A DNA stretch of 63,980 nucleotides, the filler included, from Trypethelium eluteriae (Eukaryota): assembly GCA_051942245.1 (NCBI GenBank). It is 4 parts of 4 records of this genome, joined end to end, with 100 filler letters (N's around TTAATTAATTAA, not from the genome) between each part and the next. Parts side by side here need not be neighbours in the genome. Positions count along the whole stretch, not along the records: positions 1 to 16,497 come from JAVECL010000619.1; positions 16,598 to 33,051 come from JAVECL010000620.1; 2 more parts are not named here. The stretch is one strand, 5' to 3'. Below are positions 12,205 through 24,404 of the stretch, piece after piece (positions within the stretch are counted from its first letter, which is position 1; every line of letters begins with the position of its first letter). Below the pieces are notes generated by a model. It worked only from the letters and a program-made list of their open reading frames with translations. It was not told the DNA's origin and ran no database searches. The position numbers were made by a program, and so were the translations under genes.

Positions 12205-13975
12205 ATGTCAACTCAAGTTTACAGCTTCGCCGCCATTGCTGTAATATATTTACTTATTCGATTTCTTAGCCGTACGGATGTCCCTAAAATCAAAGGTTTA
12301 CCTGAGGTTCCTGGATATCCGGTCTTCGGAAGCCTCTTCGAATTAGGAAATAAGCATGCTGTGGTTGCCCGGAAATGGGCAGAGAAACATGGCCCTGTTT
12401 TTCAGGCGAGATTGGGTAACAGGGTATGCATTTGGTGACTTCTGTAGCGTTTATGTTGGTCACTCGGGTCTAACCCAGTCAACAGAGGATCGTATTTGCC
12501 AACTCTTTTGATTCAGTGAAGCAACTCTGGATCAACAATCAGTCCGCACTTATATCTCGCCCGACACTTCACACTTTTCATTCAGTCGTGTCCAGCTCCC
12601 AGGGTTTCACAATTGGCACTTCACCATGGGATGAGTCATGTAAGCAACGACGTAAAGCCGCAGCTACTGCACTGAATCGTCCAGCCGTGCAATCCTATAT
12701 GCCAATCATCGACCTCGAATCTACCGTCAGCATCAAGGAGATGCTGAAAAATTCGGACGAAGGGAAAAAGGAGATCGATGTCAATGGCTACTTCCAGAGG
12801 TTTGCGCTTAACACGAGCCTAACTCTGAATTATGGATTCCGTATCGAAGGGACGATCGAAGATGAGATGCTCAAGGAAATCACTTGGGTAGAGAGGGTGA
12901 TTAGCAATTTCAGGAGCACGAGCAATAACTGGCAGGACTACATTCCCCTGATGAGGTTGTGGCCTAGCAGCAGCACGGAAGCCAAGGAATACCGCGCGAG
13001 AAGAGATATTTACATGACGAAGCTACTAGACATGCTCAAGGAGAGAATCGCCAATGGGACAGACAAGCCGTGCATCACAGGAAATATCCTGAAAGATCCC
13101 GAGGCTAAGCTAAATGAAGGTATGATCCTCTCGCATGGGACCTGTCGACCAGAATAAGTGTCTGACCTCGCCACAGCCGAGATCAAATCCATAGGTTTGA
13201 CCATGGTTTCCGCTGGCCTGGATACTGTTCCCGGCAATATCATCATGACCGTCGGCTTCCTTGCCTCACCCGAAGGCCAAGAGATTCAGAAGCGCGCTTA
13301 CGAAGAAATCCTGAAAGTCTATCCCGACGGCGATGCCTGGGAGAAATGTCTCGTGGAAGAAAAAGTCACCTACATCACCGCCCTAGTCAAAGAGACCCTC
13401 CGCTACTGGACCGTCATCCCCATCTGCCTTCCTCGCGTCAGCGTCAAGGACATCAAATACGACGGCGCAGTGATCCCCGCCGGGACAACCTTCTACATGG
13501 TAAGCCTCCCCCATTCCCACGCTTCCCTTACCACAATTACGTCAGAAACCCGAAATGCAATCTCTAACGCCCCACCGCCTCTTAGAATGCCTACGCCGCA
13601 GACTACGACCCCACCCACTTCAAATCCCCTACGACCTTCGACCCAACCCGCTACCTCTCCGACACCTCCTCCTCGCTGCCTTCCCTCACAGGGACTCCGC
13701 ATTACGGCTACGGCGCAGGCTCTCGCATGTGCGCCGGGTCGCACCTCGCCAACCGCGAGCTCTACACCGCATTCCTGCGTCTCATCGTTGCGGTCGAGCT
13801 CAGCGAAAGCGGCGACCCGACTCAGCGGCCTGTGCTGGATTGCATCGAGGCGAATGCGATTCCGACGTCGCTGACGATGGACCCGAAGAGGTTTCGCGTG
13901 AGGGCGAAGGTGAGGGATTTGGGCGCGTTAGAGCAGTGGATTGGGGAGAGCGAGGAGAGGACAAGGGATCTATGA
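12205..13975 (+). CDS. phacA: Cytochrome P450 CYP504A, phenylacetate 2-hydroxylase
   Basis: Four exons (introns about 12424-12485, 13120-13175, 13499-13585); N-terminal anchor, QSALISRPTLHTFHSVVSSSQGFTIGTSPWDESCK, AGLDT I-helix, ETLR, heme motif YGAGSRMCAG. Confidence 0.9.
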
Positions 13976-14687
13976 GGGGAGAGAACTTTGAAGGGAGTCG
14001 TAAAGGGTTGAGGGATGTGGAAGAAGAGCGCTTGCTTGGTATGCATTTTGAAGTGCGTTTTTTCTAAGTTATGGAGATTTTCACAATCTTCAGAGTGGCG
14101 GTTTCTTTAGCGAATATCAAGATTGCATCATTTTCGAACTATGTTCAAAATTCAAGTATATCTACCGGCCTCTGTGTATCAAATGTCATCGCATTGAAGG
14201 ATGTCTGCAGCTTGTGCATAGCAGTTCCAAGTATCGTTTGCCTATGTTGGCGGTGTCTGGTATACTAAAGCTCCCTAGGTAACCTTATTTGCCCGATGGA
14301 TTCACCAGCTTCTTTCAGAAAGTCCCTTTAGAGGTATGCTACCGCGAAGGTTGGCAAACTTGCTGGCAGGCTTTGCTGCTACCTCAAACTACGAAAAAGG
14401 TTATGGTGACAGACACTTTTCCGAGCGGTACTCGTTCTTGGTCGAATCGCGAAAGGCTTCCGTACCGGCTCTTTTTTTGGTCAAGCCCACCCCGCAGGAT
14501 GTATAGCGAGTCTGTCTGGAACGCGGCATGTCAGTCCTCCTGGTGCAGCTAGGATGAGCCATTCGACCGTTTGACACGTATGCTCGTGCCCTCAACGCCC
14601 GGAGGAGGATCCCTGCAGGACCACTTTCAGGTATAGAAATGTCGTCTGTGTGCTGATATACGCTATTTTTGGGCTGTTTCCGCTTCA

Positions 14688-15906
14688 TCAGCTCGCCTCC
14701 ATTTCATGATCTTCCTCGGCTTCCTCATCCTCCCATTCATCATCGTCGGCTCCATCGTCTTCCACTGGAGGGCCGAGAGTGTTGTTCAGTGTAGCTATCA
14801 GTTCCTTTGCATGTTCGCCTAGTCGTTCATCCTCGTAGTCAAGCTGTTGATAGAGCTTCAAGCTATTGACAAGCCACTTCCGGCTTGACTTCATGACGTC
14901 TCCAAGTGCTGATTGCTCCCCATTGGCTGAACCGTTCGAAGTGACATTGGCGTCTTCCTTCTGTGCTTCAGCGATCAGGAACTGGCACCAGCCGCCCAGG
15001 TACCATGCTTCGACGCTTTGATCATCTTCGAGCACCAGTCTTTCCAGCACGTCCATGGCATCGTCCTGTAAACCAGCCTCGATGAGTAACCTACAAAGCG
15101 ATATCCTCGTTGGGAAGTCTGGAACTGTTGTATCTTCCGGTGGCAGATCCTTCCACAGGGACAGACCCCTCTGCAACGCCGATCTCGCGTCCTCTACCCG
15201 TGTTTGAGATATTCGAACAGATGCCAAGGTTTGCAACACCTCAGGATTGTCAGGCGAGACCAGTAAAGCCTCGGTCACTAAAGCTTCACAACGCGCTTCC
15301 GCATCGTCCTCCCATCTGTTAAATCAGTAACAGGTCTCTCCTATCTCAGGTCGGAACGTACGATAGATCAGTCATGTAAACCTCAGTAACTCCACAAAGC
15401 ACGTTTGCCAGCCTCCTCTTCTTCTCCTCCAGAATCATCTGCGCTGTCTCATCCCTCGCTGCATCTTCGAGCTCGGCGACGTCTTGCCGCAACACCTTTG
15501 CGCCCTTCTCAAACCACTCGACGCTCTCCTTGCCTCCTTCTTCACACAGTTGCGCGAGCCAGAGAAACTTCTCCGCGCCACCACCCTCACCTTCTTTAAT
15601 CTGGCCTTCAGGATCCAGCTTTGCCGCATCAGTGAAATATGTGCGCGATTGTTCTGCATCGCCAAGTTCGATAGAGATTTCCCCTAATAAGCTTAAAGCA
15701 GGCAAGGATGCTAATGTGAAAGTTGGTGTTGGCGTGACGACTTTGAGTAATTTTTGAGCAATCGTAAAAGCTTCTTCAGGCTGTCCAGTCTGGAGCAGGC
15801 TCAGTGCTTGAGCGTAGAGCTCTGCTGGGTCTTGCTGTCGCTTTTGCGATTTTTGTTTCTTTCGCTTGGAAGATGGTGATTTGTGCTGGGGTTTTATTTT
15901 TGCCAT
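14688..15906 (-). CDS. ACL4: TPR protein, assembly chaperone of Rpl4
   Basis: AEKFLWLAQLCEEGG, EVYMTDLSWEDDAEARCE (intron 15316-15361), PEVLQTLASVRISQ, DDQSVEAWYLGGW, acidic tail. Confidence 0.88.
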
Positions 15907-16145
15907 CTTGAATACTTTCCTCGCCTGCGTGCTATCTTGAGGTTATGAACATCTGATTGTGGCCAGGATTTCGACCTTTTATGGTGTAGCTTGCTCCTTA
16001 TTTGCGTAAATATTTTCGGTGATGGAAATATTAAATCTGATGCTCCGCACAAGAGAATTAAATTAATGAAGCTCCAAAATTACGGCGCTATTCCCGAAAA
16101 GGCACAAATATTTACATCCCACCTTAATCTCACCACTTCGAAAAC

Positions 16146-16497
16146 ATGGGCATAGATGAGCAGAAGGAGGAGCGGGAGGTGCTCGACTCGATTTTTCCGG
16201 ATGAGATCCAAGGTCCGTCTTTATATCTCGAAATCGGGACAATCGTACTTCACACAATCTTGTTGCGGCAAGCCAGACCAGCCAGGCTGACCACAAAAAG
16301 ACATCTCAGAAACCGAATACCGGATATCAATAACACTTGACGTCGCCTCTGATGACGATGACTCAGAATCAAGACCTCGTGAGTATCCACCTCAAGTTCT
16401 TTCCTAGGCCATTTAATCTCACAACCTTCCCCAGCGACCCTCATCCTCCAAGTCCGCTACCCAGATGCCTACCCCGACGAAGCCCCCTACCTAGACC
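16146..16497 (+). CDS. GIR2: RWD-domain protein Gir2-like, 3' truncated by the spacer
   Basis: MGIDEQKEEREVLDSIFPDEI, DISETEYRISITLD and the RWD motif YPDAYPDEAP across two short introns. Confidence 0.85.
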
Positions 16498-16597
16498 NNN
16501 NNNNNNNNNNNNNNNNNNNNNNNNNNNNNNNNNNNNNNNNNTTAATTAATTAANNNNNNNNNNNNNNNNNNNNNNNNNNNNNNNNNNNNNNNNNNNN
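16498..16597. other. Artificial contig spacer N44-TTAATTAATTAA-N44
   Basis: Exactly 100 bp; the 12-mer gives stops in all six frames; identical to the other two spacers. Confidence 0.98.
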
Positions 16598-17018
16598 GGA
16601 AGAGATGGAGCATGGGAGTATGGTAGAGGAGATGGAGAGGATGCGGGAGGTGGAGCTGGAGGTGGAGCTAGAGGAGGGAGAGATGGGGGTTGCGCTGGAG
16701 GAGCGGGATTTGGACGAGGAGGTGCCGGAGGCGGGGAGCTATGAGCACACGGAGACGGAGGATGAGGATGGGGAGGACGAAGATGAAGAGGCGCAGGAAG
16801 AAGAGGATGAGGAAGAGCTAGGACAGGCGAGTGTGGTGAGAATGAGGGCGGCAAGGATGGGATTGGATGGGAGGAGGAGCTTAGTGAGTGAGTCGGGGAG
16901 TCCGTTGCTGGAGAGCTCGTTTGTGAGTACTGGCAGTAGTCCAGGTGCTGCGAGGGGGCGGGCAAGAGGGCACCTATTGGGAAGATCGAGGCCGCAGGGC
17001 AGATCGCCACCAGATTGA
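16598..17018 (+). CDS. C-terminal fragment of an Apc15/Mnd2-like acidic protein (5' truncated)
   Basis: Acidic ORF with ERDLDEEVPEAGSYEHTETEDED, recalled from filamentous-fungal Apc15p-family proteins; not a continuation of Gir2. Confidence 0.6.
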
Positions 17019-17175
17019 ACCTCTCAGACCCCCCAGAGAAGAGACGCGAAGTCAAAGGCAGGAGTTACGCTTCCCTGGTCATTGATGTACTTGTGTTTTC
17101 ATTCTTAGAGCAGGCAGCCGACACAGCGGCGGACATTTCTATCTATGTTGCACGGCTTCTGCCAGGCAGAGATTT

Positions 17176-18670
17176 TTATTCCTCGTCCTCCATGAGCTCT
17201 GCCAATTCTCGTTCCTCTTCCTCTGTCAACATGGATGCCTTGGGCTTCTCATCCTGAATTTGCGACTCCTGTTGCTCCTTTTTCGCATCTTCCTTGGCCT
17301 GCTGTAGCTCCTCCTTTCCAAGCCCCCATCGCCTTATTGTTCCGTCAATACTCACACTAACGATCTCGCCCGCTTGACCCACGCCCCGTCCCAGAACAAC
17401 TAATGCTGTGACTTCTTCGAAATGACCATCGAAGCAGTGCACCAAGTCTCCACTCGTGGGATCCCAGACACGAACACCCTCGTCTCTACATGCTGTCACG
17501 ATGTACCCGCTAGCTTCATCATAGCAGACATCGCGCACAAAATCTGGGTGATCCAGCACAGTATCGGCCTCCCAGCCACGAGACCGAACGATATGCTTCG
17601 CGGTCTTGTCAGAAGACGCGGTCCAAAAATCTCCAGAAGCATCGGAAAGAGGGAAGAAGAGTCGGTTCACACTCGTCTCGTGAGCCAGAAGGGCAGCCCC
17701 CGTATCGTCCAGGGCGCCAGATGATGAACCTGACTCAGACAAGAGACTGTTCATGCCAATCTCACGGGGACTTTGAGCATCTATCTGCCAAGCCCGGATC
17801 TCGCGTTCGCTACCTGCACTGAACACCTTCACGTTTTCCACTCCTCGACCAAACTCGTCTACAGACAGAGGATCGACAGCGAGGTCGAGCACTCCCCGCG
17901 CATGGCCTTTCAAGGTATGTAATTTAGCTCCAGATATGACGTCCCAGACAATTATTTGGGCATCTGCGCCGCCTGAGACGAGTAAGACCCGTTCGGCAAT
18001 TTGGACGCAGATGACGGCCTTGACGAAGTCTTTGTGACCAATGAAGCGCTTTCCTTGAGCGCGGCTTGTGGTTGACCACGACCAGATGGTCTTATCCCAG
18101 CAGCCAGCGAAAAGAGTGCGCTCAGACGAGGAGGATGCTGCTCTAGGTGACAACGCGAGACCAGCTAAGGGTGCTGCTGGACCAGTGTAGACTTGTGCCT
18201 TGTTCTGGCTCTGTAGAATTGAAAATTAATAGATGTTTGTCATCTATAGAGGAAATGCGGACTGAGACAATTTCAAGGTCTTAAACTTAGTTCAGCAAGA
18301 AAATAAAGCACAACTTTCAAGAACAAATTTGCCAATGTTTTGGTAGTTTAGCCGAACAATTATCACGCATTTTCTGATGACCACAAAAAGTAAATGGCAG
18401 TCCTACACACTTGCAAAGAAATTCTCCGGGCAGTCCCTGCACTCTCTGCTACATAGACGCCTCTACCATCATCCGGGTCGGCGATGATGGTGAGAATTTT
18501 CGACTTCAGACGGATAGGATCGCCAGCATTATTTTTAGATTTCTTGGCTTTACGTGCCGCATCCGTGAGTGAAGATCTATGTGGCAGTCAAGTTTTGGCT
18601 TCCAAAGAGAAAGAGGAAAGTGAAAATACTCTGTTTGGAAGAAGTGGCCCGGATCTGTAGATCGTGACAT
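17176..18670 (-). CDS. WD40-repeat protein
   Basis: ATG 18670 MSRSTDPGHFFQT, two introns (the second 18211-18410), GH..WD-type repeats (GHKDFVK..VWD, HPDFVRDV..VWD, GHFEEVT). Confidence 0.88.
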
Positions 18671-19427
18671 TAAGGGCGCGACAAGCAGGGTTTACGAAGT
18701 TCAAAGGTGCAGTTGATTTGAAGGCGCTGCCTACGGTAAGGAGTCAGGTAATTAAAGGTACCTCCGTGCCCGTAGACTTCATGTCGGGCACGTGATCAAG
18801 GGGGATTTCTATCACGCTTCCAGCCGTACCAGCTTATGCCCATCTAGGACTCGTACCATCATATCATATAACATACGGCATCCAATCAGTTGTTCATATC
18901 TTGGCGCGCCGGCCATTTGAAGACTAGATCCAGGAGATTTGCTTCAACAAGAAGGTACAGCGAATGACGTTCGTGCCCTGCCGTGGTCTTAGAGGTTCAT
19001 GCCGACTCGCTGATGCTAGGCGGCCCACCGTGCCACTCGGCTCCTTTTCATGGAACATCCAACATTTGGTTTCCATCTAACTGCTTTTCCACGCAGCCAA
19101 GCCTGCCATGATGGGCCGACAGTGTTGGCTGCTGATTGATCAAGGTGACAGGAGTCAGGAACGAGTCCATCGCCATAATCCCCAGTAAATGAACGGAGAC
19201 ACCTCCGTGTTGGAGAGTTGAAAACTGGCTTTAGAGCAGAAGCTGTATGTATATGAAGCTGGTTCGCATCGCTCCTATTTGATTTTGATCTTGATTACTG
19301 CTTCTTCCGGACAGTGCAATCTACACCACGGTTCCTTCTATTATGTGACATCGATCCGTCTATCCAACTTTTCCTGCCCTTCTACTTTGGGTAGCCCCTT
19401 GGATATTTCCATCTAGCCTAATCGGCA

Positions 19428-20069
19428 ATGCCGACGCCTGCAGGAGCTGAACGATGGAGATTGTCTACCACGCCCCGATATATGCCTATAGATGACACGA
19501 CTGCTCCTCGTTCTTCTGCTTCTTCCATTTCATCTTTTCTTGCTCCGGATATATCCACAACAGCTCGCGGGCCGCCATCAACCAATTCACAACCCCTCCC
19601 CCGCCTACTGCCAGTCTTCAAATCTTCAAGTCCATATACAACACTCAAGCCACTTGATCCATTATCTGAATTCATGATGGTACTACTCATCGCTTTTCTC
19701 CTCTTTTCCATCTGTATCCTCCTCATTTTCGCCTTCCACCTTTGGCGACGTTCTGCGATACTTGAAGAAGCTCTCCGCAGTGTTTCACCTGCCACTTATA
19801 CCTCTCTAAAAACCAAGTCCGCCAGAAGCTCGCCTCCTTTATATGCGCTGGACGTGGAATACACAGCAGCTACCCCGCCTCCTCCCTACTCCCTGGATCC
19901 GGGTATTCAAACGACCGAGTCCAAGCCGCAACGACGGTCGACGGTAGCTACTCACGAGACCAGCAACTACGACTATCTGGATTGCGATTGCTACGATGGA
20001 GATAGCTGGGCGAGCTTGCCGGCAGAGGAGTGTCGATGTTTGCGTGCTCAAAAAACTATGTCTCTTTGA
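19428..20069 (+). CDS. Hypothetical single-pass membrane protein with a PPPY motif
   Basis: 213-aa ATG ORF with a hydrophobic span FMMVLLIAFLLFSICILLIFAF and a downstream PPPPY; no family recognised. Confidence 0.55.
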   Translation: MPTPAGAERWRLSTTPRYMPIDDTTAPRSSASSISSFLAPDISTTARGPPSTNSQPLPRLLPVFKSSSPYTTLKPLDPLSEFMMVLLIAFLLFSICILLIFAFHLWRRSAILEEALRSVSPATYTSLKTKSARSSPPLYALDVEYTAATPPPPYSLDPGIQTTESKPQRRSTVATHETSNYDYLDCDCYDGDSWASLPAEECRCLRAQKTMSL

Positions 20070-20704
20070 GAGAAGCCTGGATTAAGCCTGGAGTTGGGAG
20101 GTTATCGCCCTTTTTTGAAGTTCGGTATCAGCGTGGCGTTACGATGGTCTGTTTTCTCTTGCGTGTAAATATATCCGCTTGGAGGAATGCCCTGCGAAGT
20201 TAAGCATTCACGAATTACCAGATCATCACGCGAGAAGTGCAAAGGCCGGGTACATGATCCCTAGGATATTAATACCAGCGTTGAACACGAACTACACAGC
20301 ATACATGCTAGATCTAATCACGCACAAAATTCGTCAACAAAGAACCCCAGTCGCCTGCATTCCAACCGTGTCAAACTTCGCAGACAAGGCACATGAATCT
20401 CCTTGAGGCTTGCTGCCATGAGAGAACGGCGAAGCAAGTATACAACCCAAGTCTCACGGTCTTATGTCAAAATCCGGATGTGAGTCGATGAAAACTGTTG
20501 TCAAAGGTCGGCGCTCGCTGTCTACATAATATCATGTATGTGTTCAACGAGGCAACCGCACCGCGAGAACCGTTATGCAGGAGTGAACCCAAAGCCCCCG
20601 TCTTCACGCTGCGCCCTTCCGAACCCGGTTATTGGTGAATATGAAGCATCAGTTCCCTCCCCCTCCCTGTCTCCGCCCTGCCTCTTTTCTTCCACCGTCA
20701 CCCT

Positions 20705-21702
20705 CTAACAGCAGCCTCCTGCAGAGCCAGACTGCACGCCCTGACCTTGTCCGACTTGCACGGTGGGCTTGTTGTTGACAGTGGTGGTGCCCATGCGCTC
20801 CTTGATCTGGCGGGCCATGGTAAGGAAGGCCTGCTCGACATTGGATGCGTTCTTGGCCGAAGTCTCGAGGAACGGAATGCCAAGGCTGTCTGCGAATTCC
20901 TATAGCAAAGAGTCAGCATGAGTGCTAGAACATGAAATGAAGAAGCACTGGAATGATGATACCTTTGCGACTGTGTATTCGACGACCTTCTTGTCGGACA
21001 TATCGGACTTGTTGCCCACGAGTAGTTTGTTCACTCCTTCTGTGGCGTACCGGTCAATCTCCTGCAGCCACTGCTTGACGTTGTTGAATGAGTCCATGTC
21101 CGTCACATCGTAGACAACACAGATGCCGTGAGCGCCGCGGTAGTAGGAAGAAGTGATCGTTCGGAAGCGTTCTTGACCAGCGGTGTCCCACTGCGGTTCT
21201 CAATTAGTCTATCCATCCTTTGCAAATAACTCTATCTCAGATCTTAAGATAACGTACAATCTGCAGCTTGACAGTCTTGCCATCAAGTTCGATGGTTCGG
21301 ATTTTCTGTAAAGCGGTCAGATCATATCAGCATCGAGGCGCAGGGACCGGGGAAGGCATACGAAGTCTACACCGATTGTCGAGATGTAAGATTCCGTGTA
21401 TGTATCATCTGCGAACCGCAACAGAAGACAGGACTTTCCGACACCCGAGTCACCAATAAGCAGGAGCTTAAAGAGGTAGTCGTACCTGCATGAGTTACAG
21501 CGTCAGTGTTTGCCACGAGTTGTGGAATAATCTCCTGGTGAGAACAGCCGTCGAAGCGATGGTGAAGATGTATGAGCTGGACGGGAAAAATACTCTAGCA
21601 AGTCTGGCGTTAGCTATTGTAATCCTCACGTTTGCCCGAGGCTTTATCAAGATCTGAAGCAAGTTGGAGGTTCTTTTGAGCGACTTACCACTCTGGATTC
21701 AT
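20705..21702 (-). CDS. YPT1: Rab1/Ypt1 GTPase
   Basis: Exons 21702-21692, 21485-21362, 21305-21258, 21190-20963, 20899-20705; [28 protein letters not shown]-terminal GGCC. Confidence 0.97.
21486..21691 (-). other. Nested spliceosomal twin intron (stwintron, [D3,4] type) as the first intron of YPT1
   Basis: GTG|GTAAGT...GCTAAC...TAG|AGT; removing 21688-21595 rebuilds the donor GTGAGT; external branch ACTGAC 21507-21502 and CAG ending 21486. Confidence 0.8.
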
Positions 21703-22554
21703 TATGACGGAATGCAAAGATACACAGGGTCTGAGTAGAGAGCGATATTGATCGAGACCCAAGCAGTGATGGAAAGAGCAGGCAGAAGGTGAGTTTCGCA
21801 AAATGAACTGAGAAAGATGATGAGCACCTGGGGCTGTTGTAGAAGACCACGCGCACTAGCCTTGTTCGGGCCACGTCGTCTCCGGGGCAGAAAAGCCTCC
21901 GCCCACCACCTGCACCTCGTGTACCTTACCGAGTACTTGATAAGGTACCTACCTATCCTATCTCTTTAGAAATTAACGAACTGTATCAATGTCTGACCTG
22001 AGAGTGCAGTTTAGTAAAATGAAATCTGTCGTGATCATCACGATGGTCATGCTGGTCGCAGTCGCAAGGCTACCTGAGAATAATGACCATTCTCTGTGCC
22101 ACACCTGGATCATCTGTACACCGCAGCCGCCGTCTCACATGACGGAGGCGTGGGAGGTCGTCACAAAAAGAAAACAACATCCGGCCTTTGCCTATGATCC
22201 CTGGTTCCAAATCCTCGCAGTCAAGGAAGTGGGATGCTTTAGATACTACATTCAAAAAGTTTCAACAACTGTGGCCTCATTAATATTGCTACAAAAATTC
22301 GATAATTTCCACTAGAAATCATTGGTCTTAACAGCTGCCAACATAGCTGGGATGTTGAAGCTTTCCAACACATCTATCCATAGAGAGGAGATTCGCAATC
22401 AATTCTCAGAGCATAAATGCTGCTCTGTTCAATGGTACTAAACATACGTACCGAGAGGATGCGCCCGCTACTGGTGACTTTCACTTGTCTGACTCACGAA
22501 AGCCACGCTTGTTTTATCAACTCCAAACGCCTGGGACGATGGATATATTTCCCA

Positions 22555-23808
22555 TCACATAACCTTGCTGAATGCAGGTATGAGTGTCTGCGCTAGCCAG
22601 AAGGAGAACACCAGTTTGGGGCCGGTCATGAGGAGTTTAGGCACCAGCCCCTTAAAGAATGATGAGACTCCCTCGTGCCTAATCATGTTCGAGACGATCC
22701 GGAATCCACTTTCTGGATTTTCGAAGTTGCGATTCTGTATTCGGGTTTTGATGACGTCGAGAGGAGCGGATACAATGAGAGAAGCGCTGGCACCAGCGAT
22801 GGACGCGACGAAGTTTTGCGTCCAGCTTGCCTTGTTGTAGTCCGTAAGTTTGTAGAGATACTCCTTAGCTGCAGCAGATCCACCGAAAAGCTAATGATGG
22901 TCAGCTTTACCTTGCTTCAAGTTGTTCTCGCAGGAGTAGCTTACAGCAAAAGATCCCGGTGCATTTCGTGCAGCTGTCCAGCCCCATCCTCGATAGAGTC
23001 CGAAACCCTCGTCTGCAATTATTCTGAAAACCCCTCGTCCTCGAAAAGCTTCTGGATTGGTTTGTCTTTTGATCTTCAGGACGTCTAACGGAAGAAGGAC
23101 GATCTCGCCTATTCCTATTAAGCTAGGTCGAGTCAGTAGAGAGTTTGAGCTTCCAGCGGCTTTTCATCCTACCTTCCGGCCGTCGCATGCATTATTGCCT
23201 TTCCATTGCCCTTGCCGAAGCTTCGATCAAATGAGTCTCCATAATTCTTTGCGAGGAAATCCCGAGCAAAAGGCTGCCCTCCGTATTTATAAACTCTTTG
23301 CAGCACCTTCGCTACGGTCAGTTCCAACTTGGTCCAAGGTTCTGAATGTCGCACCTTGTATGCTGCCGCGTATCCTAGCCCAGGAAATAATGAGATCATT
23401 CGACTGGGTATTGATGCCCCAGCTTTATCTTTGAACACGATCGAATTGAGCTGTGAGGCAGAGGTGACCTAGCAATTCGACTGACATTAGCAGGTGCCAA
23501 TTATTGTGTCAACTATCAGACCGCCATTCGTACCTTGCCATAATTGCTCATCAATCGTTTTGCGGTGGTATCAACCTAAGCGCAGAGTATGAACTTATGC
23601 AGTGGCGCTCTTGGAGCTCTCGGATCTTACAGGGTGGAAAACGAGTAATTCAGCAATACCGGCAGTCCCTGGAAATGTCAGATAGTATCTATAGTATTGG
23701 GAAAGTATGCTGACCAGCTCCAACCACTCGCGCAACCGGAGTTTCCCTCTCTAAGGACTTCGCGGCCGAACCTGCCACAGCCGTGGGAGCTCCAGTGGTA
23801 GGGGCCAT
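22555..23808 (-). CDS. GGC1: Mitochondrial GTP/GDP carrier Ggc1/Yhm1
   Basis: Multi-exon; AGIAELLVFHPVDT, LFPGLGYAAAYKVLQRVYKYGGQPF, LPLDVLKIKRQTNPE, KGLVPKLLMTGPKLVFSFWLAQTLIP. Confidence 0.93.
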
Positions 23809-24404
23809 GATGTGGATGTACTGCTTCGCGTTCTCTATCTAACGCCACGAAATCGATAAAAATATTTACAAGAAGAATGATCTCGGTTGTAGAGGCGAAA
23901 ATGTGCTGGTCGCGATATCGATAGAAGCGATTGAAAGAGTTCCACGGCGACACAAAGCAGCGAATGAAGCTTAGCAGTAGTTCAGTCCCGTAATATTGGA
24001 TGCTTAGAAAAAAGTTAGGATCGAAGCAGGGATCACCGCATCCCGACCCGGTGCTTCTGGACCAACCACCGACTGTCTAATTACACTTCCTCCCATTTCT
24101 CTGGGAGTCAACTCGTTCGATTCACGGATCCTACAGTCCGTACTTTTATCCGTTTCTCTATCTCGTACTAATCACATGATCCAGCTGCGCCAACGAAATT
24201 TTTTACTGGCTTGTATCTGCTATGTTGCGTGCTATTTACACCGACCTTCTAGAGCTTCTTTCATCAGCATCCCAAGTCGGGCGCATCAATTCATCTAAAA
24301 GGCTTCTGAGTCCCCGCTGCATACGTTCTAATTACTGAAGTGCTCAGTAGAACTACAGAAATCCAGATTCGCGAGATTGACCTCTCCTCATATGGCAGCC
24401 CCTC

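Noticed and set aside
16542..16553. TTAATTAATTAA recurring about every 16.5 kb as a biological periodic repeat
   Set aside because: Always embedded in N44 blocks; it is a synthetic six-frame stop linker.
16146..17018. Single Gir2 gene spanning the gap
   Set aside because: The downstream acidic ORF resembles an Apc15-like protein and the contigs appear unlinked.
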